From an uncultured bacterium (lineage in GTDB: Bacteria; SAR324; NAC60-12), in the NCBI GenBank assembly GCA_964010765.1, contig CAXGMD010000001.1, forward strand, positions 57,823 through 121,822: a DNA stretch of 64,000 nucleotides, written 5' to 3'. Under the pieces are notes generated by a model. It made no database searches and was not told where the DNA came from. It saw nothing but the letters and a program-made list of their open reading frames with translations. Positions 8,638 through 19,938 of this stretch are shown in pieces. Within the stretch, counting starts at the first letter, position 1. Each line of letters starts with the position of its first letter. Made by a program: the position numbers and the translations under genes.

Positions 8638-9414
8638 ATGCGAGTCATAACATTAAATCTAAACGGGATTCGAGCCGCTTTTCGAAAGGGATTTGGAGAA
8701 TGGTTAAAAAAGCAGGATGCTGATTTAATTCTTTTGCAGGAAACTCGGATTCAACCTGAGCAGTTGACTACTGAACAGACTCAGATTGAAGGATTTCAGT
8801 CATATTTTTCCTTTGCAGAAGCAAAAGGCTATTCAGGAGTTGGGATCTATTCGAAAAAAAAGCCGATCTCAGTTGAAAAAAAAGTAGATTGGCAAGATTT
8901 TGATAAAGAAGGGAGATTTCTTCTTCTTGAGTTCCAAGATCTATATGTGCTTTCACTTTATCTTCCCTCTGGGACTCGTAGTGATGAACGACAAAATTTC
9001 AAGTATGAAACTCTAGATTGGTTTCGCGGATGGAGTTCCTCATTGGTTGATTCAGGTAAACAAGTTTTGGTTTGTGGTGACCTGAACATTGCTCACCAAG
9101 AGATTGATTTGAAGAATTGGAAAGGAAACCAGAAAAATTCTGGGTTTCTTCCAGAGGAGAGAGAATGGATGACAGAACTTTTTGAGGTTGGTGGGTTTAA
9201 TGATGTGTTCCGGAGTTTATATCCAGATCTTGAAATGTATACTTGGTGGTCCAATCGGGGAAGAGCTTGGGAGAAGGATGTTGGTTGGCGAATTGACTAT
9301 CAAATAGCTACGCCAAAGCTTGCAGCATCTGCAATTGAGGGATCAGTCTACAAAGAGAAAAGATTCTCAGATCATTCTCCCCTGATCATTGAATACGATT
9401 GGGAATTGAACTGA
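8638..9414 (+). CDS. xth: Exodeoxyribonuclease III / AP endonuclease
   Basis: NLNGIRA, LQET, GYSGV, CGDLNIAH, YTWWS, GWRIDY, SDHSP. Confidence 0.95.
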   Translation: MRVITLNLNGIRAAFRKGFGEWLKKQDADLILLQETRIQPEQLTTEQTQIEGFQSYFSFAEAKGYSGVGIYSKKKPISVEKKVDWQDFDKEGRFLLLEFQDLYVLSLYLPSGTRSDERQNFKYETLDWFRGWSSSLVDSGKQVLVCGDLNIAHQEIDLKNWKGNQKNSGFLPEEREWMTELFEVGGFNDVFRSLYPDLEMYTWWSNRGRAWEKDVGWRIDYQIATPKLAASAIEGSVYKEKRFSDHSPLIIEYDWELN

Positions 9415-9423
9415 GTCAGGTGG

Positions 9424-9451
9424 GATACGGGGGTAGGGCCTACCCCCTATC
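9424..9451. terminator. GC-rich hairpin between convergent xth and HTH gene
   Basis: GATA-C-GGGGGTAG-GGC-CTACCCCC-TATC. Confidence 0.6.
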
Positions 9452-9453
9452 AT

Positions 9454-9927
9454 TCAGGCGTTTTCAAGAACAGTGTGAGGATCACTTTTTACGCGGAAGA
9501 ATTCGTAAGGGACGTTTAAAGCTCTAGATATTCTTTCGAGCGCAGCATCCGAGACATCAGCAGCGTGCGATTCCCAACTTTTCACAGTTTGAATGGCAAA
9601 ACCAAATTCATATGAAAAAGCTTCAATAGACATTCCTCGGAGAAGACGTGCGTATTTGATGCGATCACCAACACGATCTAGGTCTAAATTGGCATCAAGT
9701 CCCATCTCACGTACGTTAATACCCAAGACTTTTGCAATTTCACTGTATTTGGTCAATTTTGGTGTGGAGTGACCGGTTTCCCAGTTCTTGACGGCGGTCA
9801 ATGAAACATTCAGCTTTCGGGCAAAATCTTTGCGGGTCAGGCCTGCATTTTCGCGCCACTGCACCATTTTTTCGCCAAATGAGTTATCTTCGATGTTTTC
9901 GTTGGCTGCTGTAGCTTGCTCAGTCAT
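9454..9927 (-). CDS. Tandem XRE/Cro-C1 helix-turn-helix protein (two HTH_3 domains)
   Basis: Two repeats of R..xG+S/T...FA/S..+.V/F+..TV/AVK.WE; AAGGAG RBS supports ATG at 9927 rather than 9966. Confidence 0.85.
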   Translation of the reverse strand: MTEQATAANENIEDNSFGEKMVQWRENAGLTRKDFARKLNVSLTAVKNWETGHSTPKLTKYSEIAKVLGINVREMGLDANLDLDRVGDRIKYARLLRGMSIEAFSYEFGFAIQTVKSWESHAADVSDAALERISRALNVPYEFFRVKSDPHTVLENA

Positions 9928-10069
9928 AGCGACTACGACTCCTTGTCTTGGGGTAGGGAAAGACATGAATTCCTGATCATGTTCTTTTCCTGCGGGTGGT
10001 CCCGCTAAACGAAATCACAGCGTGCTTTCAATTTTTTTAGCGCATCCGTAATTCACTTAAAAACCATAA

Positions 10070-10098
10070 ATTATTATTATTATTGTTTCATTTGTCAA
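10070..10098 (-). promoter_or_regulatory. sigma70-type promoter for the tandem-HTH gene
   Basis: Minus strand TTGACA-N17-AATAAT. Confidence 0.55.
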
Positions 10099-10148
10099 GG
10101 ATTTTCCTCTTGCAATTGTTGAATCTACTCATAGGCAGCACCTCTGCT

Positions 10149-11288
10149 TCAGCACTTTTGTAACAAAACTGATCCGGCTGAATAACCAGCTCCAAAAGCG
10201 CAAAACACGCCCCAAGATCCTTTATCTAGATTCTGTGATTCAGAGAAAGCTAAGACCACTCCAGCTGCTCCAGTATTGCCACACTTTTTTAAAACCAATG
10301 GAAGTTCAGCTGGCGAAGGCTCTCGTTCTAGAACTTTTTTAGCAAGCAATAGATTCATTTTGCTATTTGCCTGATGTAACCATACGCGCTTGATGGAGCT
10401 GCTCTTGATTCTCTCTTCATCCAACTGATTCAGGATCATCTCTGAGACGAGTGGAACAATTTCCTTAAATACTGCCCGACCTTGCTGAGAAAAAAGATTT
10501 CTGGGATGCCATGGATCCGTTCTGTTCACTGCTTGACGGAGAAAACCTCCATCATTTCTGATATTGTTTGAGAAATGAGTCTGGAGATGAATATTCTTGA
10601 CGGAGAAAGCATTGCTCGATTTTGAAGTCTCGCTTCGTTCCAGATAGAGTGCACCTGCGGCATCCCCAAAAATAAAATGACTGTCTCGATCCCTGAAATT
10701 GAGATGCCCTGTGTAAAATTCAGGGCTGACAATCAGAACTCCTGGAAGTTCAGGCTGTGTAATTAGTGAGTTGTAGGCCAAGCGAATGGCAAAAGGTACC
10801 GAGGAACACGCAACGTTCATATCAAAAGCGAATCCATTAATGCCGAGAGCTTTTTGAATTTCGATGGCTAAACTAGGATAGGGACGCTCATAGTTGGAAC
10901 AGGCTGATATCAGCATGCCAACGTCACTGGCTGATTTATTTGCTTGATCCAAAGCATTTTTGGCGGCTGCTAAACCCATTTCCGCTTGATAGCTCAATTC
11001 ATCTGGATTTCGATCTTCTAGATCAGGACGCAGCCTTTTTGGATCAATAATCCCACTAGCCTCCATTACGTGTCGCGATTCAATGCCTGAAGCATTCTTG
11101 ATGAAATCAGCGCTGGAGGTTTTTAAGGCGGTCCTATCACCAGCGGCGATTTCTGCTGAGTACTCCTGATTGTATTCCTCAACATGAGCGTTATAGGCCT
11201 TAACCAACGTCTCATTATCAATAACTTCTGGTGGAATAAAGGTTCCGCATCCTGTGATAAGGATTTGATCAGTCAACGTTCTTCTCAA
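10149..11288 (-). CDS. Beta-ketoacyl-ACP synthase III, long (PA3286-like) type
   Basis: Triad DMNVACSS, WLHQAN, GNTGAAG; RDRDSHFIFGD; FGAGYS. Confidence 0.9.
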   Translation of the reverse strand: MRRTLTDQILITGCGTFIPPEVIDNETLVKAYNAHVEEYNQEYSAEIAAGDRTALKTSSADFIKNASGIESRHVMEASGIIDPKRLRPDLEDRNPDELSYQAEMGLAAAKNALDQANKSASDVGMLISACSNYERPYPSLAIEIQKALGINGFAFDMNVACSSVPFAIRLAYNSLITQPELPGVLIVSPEFYTGHLNFRDRDSHFIFGDAAGALYLERSETSKSSNAFSVKNIHLQTHFSNNIRNDGGFLRQAVNRTDPWHPRNLFSQQGRAVFKEIVPLVSEMILNQLDEERIKSSSIKRVWLHQANSKMNLLLAKKVLEREPSPAELPLVLKKCGNTGAAGVVLAFSESQNLDKGSWGVFCAFGAGYSAGSVLLQKC

Positions 11289-11290
11289 AA

Positions 11291-11908
11291 TTAAATTTGG
11301 TCCAACCAGTCAATTTGGCCTTTGCCAATCCTGATGACATCTGGCGCTTCAGTCGTGAAATCAATAATTGTCGAATGCTCAGCAAAAATTTCTCCTCCAT
11401 CAATCACTAAGTCCACTTGCTTACCAAATTCCTCATGGATTTCCCATGCGTTGTCAAAAAGGTGATCTTCACCGCTATATAGCGAGCTACTAAGAATTGG
11501 ATTCCCCAGTTCTGAAACGACTTGTGTAGCGATGATTTGATCAGGCCAGCGAACACCAATTGTACTTCGTTTTGTTAGTAAAAGCTTGGGAACGATTTTG
11601 GAGGCTCGGAACAGGAAAGTATATGGACCTGGGAGGTGGCGTTTTAAAATTTTAAAAACTGCTGTATCAATGCCCTGCGAATATTCTTGGATCTGTTGGA
11701 GGCTGGAGCAAATGAAAGTCAAATGTCGTTTAGCATCGACATCCTTGATCAAACTTATTTTTTTTAGTGCTTTCTTGCTGTAGATGTTGCAGCCAAGTCC
11801 ATAAACGGTATCTGTAGGATAAATAATGACTCCATCATTCTGGAGGACATCAATGACTTGGTTGATGTAACGGGGCTGGGGATTGTACGGGTGAATTTCG
11901 AGGAGCAT
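11291..11908 (-). CDS. Sua5/YciO/YrdC family (threonylcarbamoyl-AMP synthase-like, YciO type)
   Basis: IHPYNPQPR, YPTDTVYGLGC, LPGPYTF, STIIDF. Confidence 0.9.
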   Translation of the reverse strand: MLLEIHPYNPQPRYINQVIDVLQNDGVIIYPTDTVYGLGCNIYSKKALKKISLIKDVDAKRHLTFICSSLQQIQEYSQGIDTAVFKILKRHLPGPYTFLFRASKIVPKLLLTKRSTIGVRWPDQIIATQVVSELGNPILSSSLYSGEDHLFDNAWEIHEEFGKQVDLVIDGGEIFAEHSTIIDFTTEAPDVIRIGKGQIDWLDQI

Positions 11909-11912
11909 TAAA

Positions 11913-12521
11913 CTAGCGTGGAATACGAGGCTGGATCTGATTGATAGTTTCTTTCTGGAATTTTGCCTCTTGTTCCTTCTCCCATTGGGATCGAGGGTCT
12001 CCGTCTTTCTTGGATTCCAGACACTGTTGCAGGAAGTTTTGAAAGATGTTTGCGACCGAGTCTAATTGAGTAATCAAACGATGATCAGCGGGCAGCAAGT
12101 GAAGCGGAACTTGGTAATTACGTGCAAATTTGATCACATTTTCGACGGGAACCACCTCATCATCCCAACCATGAACCAATAAGGTCTTCTCAGCAAATGG
12201 CCTAGGCGAATTGGGTTCCAGATTTTCAAGGCCAACAGCAGAAGCCAACAAAAAAAGTCCCTGTGGCTTCAGCTTCTCTGATGCACAGAGGGATACCCAA
12301 CTCCCCATACTAGAACCAACAAGAATTAGTTGTTCTGCAGCAAAGGTTTGAAGCGAAAGTAACTTCTCAACTCGTCCATAGCCGCTTTTAATGACTGAGT
12401 AATCAGGGCTGACCACTCTGAAATTCAAATTTTCAGCTACTTGGGCCAATCTTTTGATCTTTGTTCCCCAGGGACCACTTTCATGCCCATGTGCGAAGTA
12501 AACTATTCGCTCGTTTGCCAT
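11913..12521 (-). CDS. Small alpha/beta hydrolase (esterase-like)
   Basis: HGHESGPWGTKI, GSSMG nucleophile elbow, HGWDDEVVP, DHRL. Confidence 0.85.
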   Translation of the reverse strand: MANERIVYFAHGHESGPWGTKIKRLAQVAENLNFRVVSPDYSVIKSGYGRVEKLLSLQTFAAEQLILVGSSMGSWVSLCASEKLKPQGLFLLASAVGLENLEPNSPRPFAEKTLLVHGWDDEVVPVENVIKFARNYQVPLHLLPADHRLITQLDSVANIFQNFLQQCLESKKDGDPRSQWEKEQEAKFQKETINQIQPRIPR

Positions 12522-12523
12522 GA

Positions 12524-14113
12524 TCAGTTAATTTCCATTGTCTGAAGAAACTGGATTTCTGGCCAATCTTCTGTTGTTCGCTCAAGTCTCCATGCATTGG
12601 CTGGAAGATAAACAAGATTCCCCTGAGAATCCCTAGCCAAGGAATCAAGAAACTGTTTTTCAAATCTTTTTAAAGCCTCAGCGTCTTGAGTCACTACCCA
12701 TCGTGCCGTTAAAAAATTTGCAGGTTCCAAGTGAGATTCGACCCCATATTCATTTTTCAGACGAGCAAGAATGACATCAAACTGCAAAATACCCACGGCT
12801 CCCAAAAGATAATCATTTCGATTAAGCGGCCGGAACAACTGAACAGCTCCTTCTTCAGTGAGTTGTTGTAGGCCTTTTTCTAATTGCTTGGCTTTCAAGG
12901 CATTGTCGATACGGACTTTCCGAAAGTGCTCTGGGGCAAAATGTGGAATGCCGACAAATCGGAGATCTTCTTTTTCAGCAAAGCTGTCCCCGATACGTAT
13001 GGTACCGTGATTGTGTATGCCAATAATGTCGCCGGGAAACGCTTCTTCTACATTTTCTCGATCCTGAGCAAGAAACATAATAGCATTGTGTAATTGCACT
13101 TCTCTTCCCAATCGCTGATGTTTGACACGCATCCCACGCTGGAAACGCCCGGAACAGATCCTCAAGAAGGCAATTCGGTCTCGATGAGCCGGATCCATGT
13201 TCGCTTGAATCTTAAAAACGACTCCACTGAAGGCCTCTTCGTAGGGAGAGACCTCACGAGTTTGCGTGGATCTCTGCCTTGGTGCAGGGGCTACTTCCAC
13301 AAAGGCATCAAGCATCTCAGAGACACCGAAGCTATTGATTGCACTTCCAAAGAAAACAGGAGTTTGTAGACCCTTCAGATAGCGTTCGCTATTGAATGGA
13401 GTTGAAGCACCTTCCAGCAACTCGATATCTTCTCTAAGTTCATCTGCTTGTTTGCCCAATAGTTCATCCAATTTGGGATCTGCAAGGTCAGTGATGCGGA
13501 CGATATCGTCAACTTTCTTTGTTCTGGAGGCAGCAAATAATGAAAGCTCTTTGCGATATAGGTTGTATGTGCCTCTGAAGGATTTTCCCATCCCAATGGG
13601 CCAGCTCATTGGAGCACATTCTACCCGCAGGGTCTCTTCAACATCCTGCAGCACGTCTAGAGGCGGTAGCCCTTCTCGATCCAGTTTATTTACGAAAGTT
13701 ATGATCGGAGTATTTCGCAGTCTGCAAACGTCCATCAATTTTCTGGTTTGTTCCTCAACCCCTTTTGCGCTGTCAATGACCACGAGGGCACTGTCCACGG
13801 CAGTAAGAACTCGATAGGTGTCTTCAGAAAAATCTTGGTGTCCAGGAGTGTCTAAAAGATTCACTTCACAGTTTTGGTAAGTGAATTTCATCACGGAAGA
13901 AGTAACAGATATACCACGCTGTTTCTCAATTTCCATCCAGTCACTGGTTGCATGACGACTGGCTTTACGAGCCTTGACAGAGCCTGCGAGCTGTATTGCT
14001 CCGCCATAGAGCAGGATTTTCTCAGTAAGAGTGGTTTTACCGGCATCAGGGTGACTAATGATCCCGAATGTTCGACGCCTATCAACTTCCTGTTGGAATT
14101 GAGAAGTACTCAT
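12524..14113 (-). CDS. prfC: Peptide chain release factor 3
   Basis: [48 protein letters not shown]. Confidence 0.98.
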   Translation of the reverse strand: MSTSQFQQEVDRRRTFGIISHPDAGKTTLTEKILLYGGAIQLAGSVKARKASRHATSDWMEIEKQRGISVTSSVMKFTYQNCEVNLLDTPGHQDFSEDTYRVLTAVDSALVVIDSAKGVEEQTRKLMDVCRLRNTPIITFVNKLDREGLPPLDVLQDVEETLRVECAPMSWPIGMGKSFRGTYNLYRKELSLFAASRTKKVDDIVRITDLADPKLDELLGKQADELREDIELLEGASTPFNSERYLKGLQTPVFFGSAINSFGVSEMLDAFVEVAPAPRQRSTQTREVSPYEEAFSGVVFKIQANMDPAHRDRIAFLRICSGRFQRGMRVKHQRLGREVQLHNAIMFLAQDRENVEEAFPGDIIGIHNHGTIRIGDSFAEKEDLRFVGIPHFAPEHFRKVRIDNALKAKQLEKGLQQLTEEGAVQLFRPLNRNDYLLGAVGILQFDVILARLKNEYGVESHLEPANFLTARWVVTQDAEALKRFEKQFLDSLARDSQGNLVYLPANAWRLERTTEDWPEIQFLQTMEIN

Positions 14114-14116
14114 AAA

Positions 14117-15397
14117 TCAGATCGCTCGCTGGGATGCCAGTTGTCGATATTCAGCAAGCCTCCGTTCTACACGCCCAACTGAAGCTGCAAAGTCCCTGTT
14201 CCCATTTTCTTTTTTTAACGCCTCAAGATAGGCTCTTCTAGCTTGTTGGTAGTCATCCCTACTGACTGCACCAGCCTCATAACTCAATCCAAGATTATAC
14301 CAGTCCTCGGCAGTCCGATCATCTTTTGATAGTGACTCAAGACGCTGACGAGCTTCGTCCCAAAGGCCATCTCTCAGCAGCTCCTCTGCACGTTCTTCTT
14401 CCCCTCCTTCTGCAACCAAAGCCTTAATGCGTTGAGTAGTTGGTGAGATGCTTTGAAGAAAAGCTTCCACCGCTTTTGATCCTAATTTTTGAAGAATCTG
14501 CTCTCGCTCTTCATCTGGCAGGTCGTTGAGATTTGGATTTGGAAGCCTCTTGTCCACGTAAAAAATTTCTTTGGGGTTTGTTTGCTCGACTACCGCTAAC
14601 TCCCTAATTGGAATCGGAATCAGAGGAATTTTAGACCGATTCACCAAATTGGCTATGCCTGGTATTGGTCTAGCCTCATAGCGATGTTGATAACTTTCAG
14701 TGTCAATCATCTGCTTGCCAAAATCTCCTCCAGAAACTCGCACAGCTACGGTCCTCTGTTCTTGATCTCCACCAATGATGGTCAAGCTGAAGCTCGTTTC
14801 AGTGTAAAGAGAAATGTTTCTGTAGCGGTAGGTTCTGATGACTTGATTGACCGGTGGTAGATCTGCATCGACACCCATCCCAGTCAATAACGTTGCTGCG
14901 CCGAGATCTATCAGAGACGAGCCCAGTCCTCCGGGGCGGCAAATATAAGCTCTGCTATCCAATGTAAGGGCATCTTCGCCAATTGCGATGCTCGCGCCAG
15001 CAGATAATCTACCTCCGATTCCACCCTTGCAAGTTGCCAGTTCGGTGAATTGTCCTATTTCTCTTTCTCCACCGCTAACAATTGCGCCCTGGATTATCCC
15101 AATCCGTTGGCCGGGTACTAATTTTTCTGCAGGTAATGTGTCTACAATCTGAGCGTTGAATCGCCCTTGATGGTTCAATTCGTTGACAAGTTCCTGCAGC
15201 AAAATCTCCTTCAGATTTAGTTGATCGCCTTCAGTCTTAACCAAATCCTCACGAATGTAGATTTCCGTAACTTTTCTAGGAACATCCAGTTGGGCTGGAC
15301 GTTGGACATTCAACTCGACTGCTGAGTTGGAACTACAACTGATTTGGAAAAACAGACTTGGAATTGCCAATAGAAATGAGAATCTCATTTTGCTCAA
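14117..15397 (-). CDS. Lipoprotein with C-terminal TPR-like helices, unknown function
   Basis: Lipobox-like FQISC; WYNLGLSYEA..A..AY..AL TPR pattern; start may be ATG at 15388. Confidence 0.65.
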   Translation of the reverse strand: MSKMRFSFLLAIPSLFFQISCSSNSAVELNVQRPAQLDVPRKVTEIYIREDLVKTEGDQLNLKEILLQELVNELNHQGRFNAQIVDTLPAEKLVPGQRIGIIQGAIVSGGEREIGQFTELATCKGGIGGRLSAGASIAIGEDALTLDSRAYICRPGGLGSSLIDLGAATLLTGMGVDADLPPVNQVIRTYRYRNISLYTETSFSLTIIGGDQEQRTVAVRVSGGDFGKQMIDTESYQHRYEARPIPGIANLVNRSKIPLIPIPIRELAVVEQTNPKEIFYVDKRLPNPNLNDLPDEEREQILQKLGSKAVEAFLQSISPTTQRIKALVAEGGEEERAEELLRDGLWDEARQRLESLSKDDRTAEDWYNLGLSYEAGAVSRDDYQQARRAYLEALKKENGNRDFAASVGRVERRLAEYRQLASQRAI

Positions 15398-15586
15398 GGG
15401 TGTAGTTAGGAAGGAAAATTAATTTCTAATGAGGATAGGAGACTCTTTTCCAAAAGACAATTGGCGGTTGCCTGAGAACGCAAGTTCCTGTCAAATTTTA
15501 ATTTTTGATGAAAAAATTTGATCAAGATTAATTCGGACGTTGGTAACAATCCGGTTAATGTTTGGTCTGGGAGAGTAATGACTAAC

Positions 15587-15616
15587 TGGTAGCTTTCAGC
15601 CTAGAGAAAGCTACCA
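15587..15616. terminator. Perfect 11-bp stem hairpin downstream of 15637-16320 gene
   Basis: TGGTAGCTTTC-agcctaga-GAAAGCTACCA. Confidence 0.55.
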
Positions 15617-15636
15617 ATAAGGTGGGCGGGAACTGC

Positions 15637-16320
15637 TTACTTAGATGATTCAATTACGTTGATAGCTTTCAGGGCCTTATCCTTGATCTCTTCATTACCC
15701 AGTAGATCAGCAGCCTTGTGTAATGAACGTGCATCAGTAATTTTCACCCCAGGTGCGTAGATATCCAGCATCTTCAAAACTCTGTTTTGCACTATCTCAA
15801 ATTTCTCGGACTTCAAATCCCCTTTATTCTGAAGTCGCCAAATTTTGAATAGACCTTCGCTGTAAATATCGATAGGAGCTTTGTTTAAAATGGCTCTTTC
15901 AAACATTTCCTCAGCTTTGTCCAAGTATCCATCTTTCCTTGCAAGTTCAATCTCCTGAAAGTGAGCTTGCCAGTCAGGCTGTTCTTCAACAGCTTGAAAA
16001 GTGTCATTATCTTTGTGTTCAACCTTAGCCGTTGATTTGGTTTCAATATCTACTGAGGTTGCTCCTTCGGTGGGAACAGAAGAATTTTCTTTTACTTCGG
16101 ACTTTTCCTCAGATGAGGTCTCCGAGATAGAAGCTGTTTGAGTATTTTCGATGCTGGAAGAAGGGATTTCACGAACACCAGATCCCTGATCATCTCTCTC
16201 AAGCTTTATCGTTTTTGACTCAGCACTGGACTGTGAGGCTGTGCTCGTAGTAGTTGTTGATGTCGATGTAGCATTCTCTTGGGGACCTCCGAAGAGAAGC
16301 TTCCAGAAATATGACCACAT
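15637..16320 (-). CDS. Hypothetical protein: aromatic N-terminal segment, Ser/Thr/Glu-rich linker, helical C-terminal domain
   Basis: 227-aa ORF with AAGGA RBS and protein-like composition. Confidence 0.65.
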   Translation of the reverse strand: MWSYFWKLLFGGPQENATSTSTTTTSTASQSSAESKTIKLERDDQGSGVREIPSSSIENTQTASISETSSEEKSEVKENSSVPTEGATSVDIETKSTAKVEHKDNDTFQAVEEQPDWQAHFQEIELARKDGYLDKAEEMFERAILNKAPIDIYSEGLFKIWRLQNKGDLKSEKFEIVQNRVLKMLDIYAPGVKITDARSLHKAADLLGNEEIKDKALKAINVIESSK

Positions 16321-16356
16321 ATTACCATCCTTGGCTATGGTTTAATCCAACTTAGT

Positions 16357-16381
16357 GTTGCCACTAGTGGGCAACTTTTTT
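16357..16381 (+). terminator. Hairpin followed by T-run (terminator-like) or dyad operator
   Basis: GTTGCC-actagtg-GGCAAC-TTTTTT. Confidence 0.4.
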
Positions 16382-17049
16382 ATGGGATTTAAACTTTGCA
16401 ATCATCAAACCTATCTAAAATTAGGCTTCTAAACGAATGTTAGAATTCAATTGGAATTACTGGCTTATAAGTAAGCGAATTACCCTATCTTATGGAACCG
16501 AATTCAAAGATGCAGCAGCTTCGACAAACGCAACACAGTTTTAAACTGTTGTTGACCAGTATTTCATATTCGATCTTAAGATTCAGACCTTGGAGATCAA
16601 GAAGTAAGCTTTCATATCTATGAAGATTTTTAAGAAGCGGTTTGGCCTAGCATAAATTAAGGCGAATTTTTCATAGACTCTTGTGTTGATCTTTCTACGT
16701 AACTAAGAATTGTTTCAATTAGTTTTAAGAATTCTGAGTACCAGCAACCTTGAGTAAGTAAGTTTATTTGAAAAAAATCCTCTATTCAACCAAGAATATT
16801 TGGAGTTAGATTGAAGTAAGAAAAGTAGGCGTTTCAGTTTTGGTGAGATTTAGTTTTTTGATTAGTGAGTTAAAGGGTGGGATTTTTTGAGGTTTGGGTG
16901 TGCGCTGCTCTAAGAATTTTTTCGATCATCAAATTCTGGATTTATCTTGAACATACAACCCTTTCTCTTTGAAAATAATTGTTTTATTTTTTGCATCCCA
17001 CTTGATCGTGGGCTGCATTCGAGCGGGTAGTATCACGAAAACAAAATAA

Positions 17050-17994
<945 letters not shown>

Positions 17995-18040
17995 AGTTGA
18001 TCAAAATTGAACGAAACAGTTATTTGGAAGAGAAAAATCC

Positions 18041-18547
18041 ATGCAAAGTAAAATTCTTTTGAGCGTCATTGGAATTTTGACGCTCTGTATCCTTGGGCTC
18101 CTTGGATATCTATGGTTTCAAGAAATTTTTGATCCCTCGAAACACCCAGTATTATTACTAGGGATGTCAGCGGTTGCGGGTATGGGAATCATCGTTGGTA
18201 TTCACGCCTATCGAGCTTCGGCTGATCATGAAGCTGAAGCCTATCGTGAATCGCTAAAAAGAAATCCTCTACCGGAAGGTCGGAGGCAGGGCATAGTTAA
18301 ATGGTTCGATCCAAAAAAAGGGTTTGGTTTTATTGCCCAGGACAGTGGCGATGACCTGTTTGTACACCAATCAGAAATTCAACAGGACGGTTTCAGATTT
18401 CTTAATGAGAACGAAAGGGTAGAGTTTGAGGTGGGTTCTGGCAAGAAAGGTCCAGTTGCCCTCAAAGTGCTGCGCTTGGATCCACAGCCCCCAAAGGAAT
18501 ATTACGAAGCAGAATTGGTTCAGGAAGTTGTTTCAAAAGCGTCCTAG
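18041..18547 (+). CDS. Membrane-anchored cold-shock-domain protein (2 N-terminal TM helices + CSD)
   Basis: [15 protein letters not shown] (RNP1) and DLFVHQS (RNP2) after two hydrophobic helices. Confidence 0.85.
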   Translation: MQSKILLSVIGILTLCILGLLGYLWFQEIFDPSKHPVLLLGMSAVAGMGIIVGIHAYRASADHEAEAYRESLKRNPLPEGRRQGIVKWFDPKKGFGFIAQDSGDDLFVHQSEIQQDGFRFLNENERVEFEVGSGKKGPVALKVLRLDPQPPKEYYEAELVQEVVSKAS

Positions 18548-18607
18548 TTCTACCAATTAAATAGGGGTCTGCAAGGACCCTGCTCCACTAAACGTTCAGA
18601 AAAAAAT

Positions 18608-19822
18608 ATGAAAAGAGAAAAACTGGTACTCGCCTATTCAGGTGGATTGGATACTTCTGTTTTGGTTCATTGGCTCACATCAGAGGGATACGATGTTATC
18701 GCACTATGTCTAGATCTGGGACAGCAAGTTGAAAATTTGGAAGCGATTCGTGCCAAAGGTCACAAAGCTGGTGCAGTAGAAGTACTGCTTGAGAACGTTC
18801 AAGATGAATTCGTAAGGGACTTTGTGGTTCCTGCGATTCAGTGGAATGCGATCTACGAAGGTACCTACTTGTTAGGGACCTCACTAGCGAGACCACTGAT
18901 TGCAAAGAAACAAATTGAAGTCGCCCAACAATATGGAGCTTCTGCAGTTGGCCATGGAGCAACTGGAAAAGGGAATGATCAGGTACGTTTCGAACTATCC
19001 TACTATTCCTTGCAACCAGATATTCAAGTGGTTGCACCATGGAAAATTCCTGAATTTTTCAAGAAATATCCTGGGCGTACGGAACTGTTGGCCTATGCAC
19101 AACAAAATGGCATCCCCGTAAAAGCAACAGTGCAACAGCCTTGGAGTTCTGATGAAAACCTGATGCACATCAGTTTTGAATCCGGAATGCTAGAAGATCC
19201 CTGGCAGGCTCCGTTAGCAGAAATGTTTGAGTTGTCTAAATCTCCTCAGGATGCCCCTGATCAAAGCAGAGAAATCCTAATTGAATTTGAGCAAGGGATC
19301 CCAGTATCAGTGGATGGAGAGCGATTATCTCCGGCCGCCTTACTCGCTCGCTTGAATCAAATTGGTGGTGAAAATGGCATCGGTCGGGTTGACATGGTCG
19401 AATCTCGATTTGTTGGGATGAAATCCCGTGGCGTTTATGAAGCCCCAGGGGGCACCATTCTTCATGTTGCCCATCGTGCTGTTGAGTCTCTTACCCTCGA
19501 CAGAAATGTCATCAATTTAAAAGACTCCCTGATGCCTCGTTTTGCACAGCTGGCCTACAATGGGTTTTGGTTCTGTCCAGAGATGGAGCTTTTGCTCTCG
19601 CTTGGAAAACAGAGTCAGGAGAGAGTCTCAGGGACAGCACGGTTGAAACTGTACAAGGGGAACTGCATGGTTACTGGTCGTAAGTCACCTTTCAGTCTTT
19701 ATGATGAAGATATTGCGACAATGGAGAAGGATCAGGGTGCTTACAACCCGCAAGATGCTGATGGCTTCATACGATTACACGCCCTTCCTCTTCGAATCCA
19801 ACGTAGGCTGCAGAACAAGTAA
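18608..19822 (+). CDS. argG: Argininosuccinate synthase
   Basis: LAYSGGLDTS, YLLGTSLARPLI, HGATGKGNDQVRFE, GMKSRGVYE. Confidence 0.98.
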   Translation: MKREKLVLAYSGGLDTSVLVHWLTSEGYDVIALCLDLGQQVENLEAIRAKGHKAGAVEVLLENVQDEFVRDFVVPAIQWNAIYEGTYLLGTSLARPLIAKKQIEVAQQYGASAVGHGATGKGNDQVRFELSYYSLQPDIQVVAPWKIPEFFKKYPGRTELLAYAQQNGIPVKATVQQPWSSDENLMHISFESGMLEDPWQAPLAEMFELSKSPQDAPDQSREILIEFEQGIPVSVDGERLSPAALLARLNQIGGENGIGRVDMVESRFVGMKSRGVYEAPGGTILHVAHRAVESLTLDRNVINLKDSLMPRFAQLAYNGFWFCPEMELLLSLGKQSQERVSGTARLKLYKGNCMVTGRKSPFSLYDEDIATMEKDQGAYNPQDADGFIRLHALPLRIQRRLQNK

Positions 19823-19899
19823 TAAGTTGATATCTAGTTTCTAGATTTTTCCCAAGAAAAGGACTGGTGAGGTTGATAAGGCAGGAGTTGCAGAAAGTC

Positions 19900-19929
19900 A
19901 GGCGTCCTGTTTATTTAGGACGCCTTTTG
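19900..19929. terminator. Intrinsic terminator between convergent argG and amtB
   Basis: AGGCGTCCT-gtttattt-AGGACGCCT-TTT. Confidence 0.75.
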
Positions 19930-19938
19930 TATGTGATT

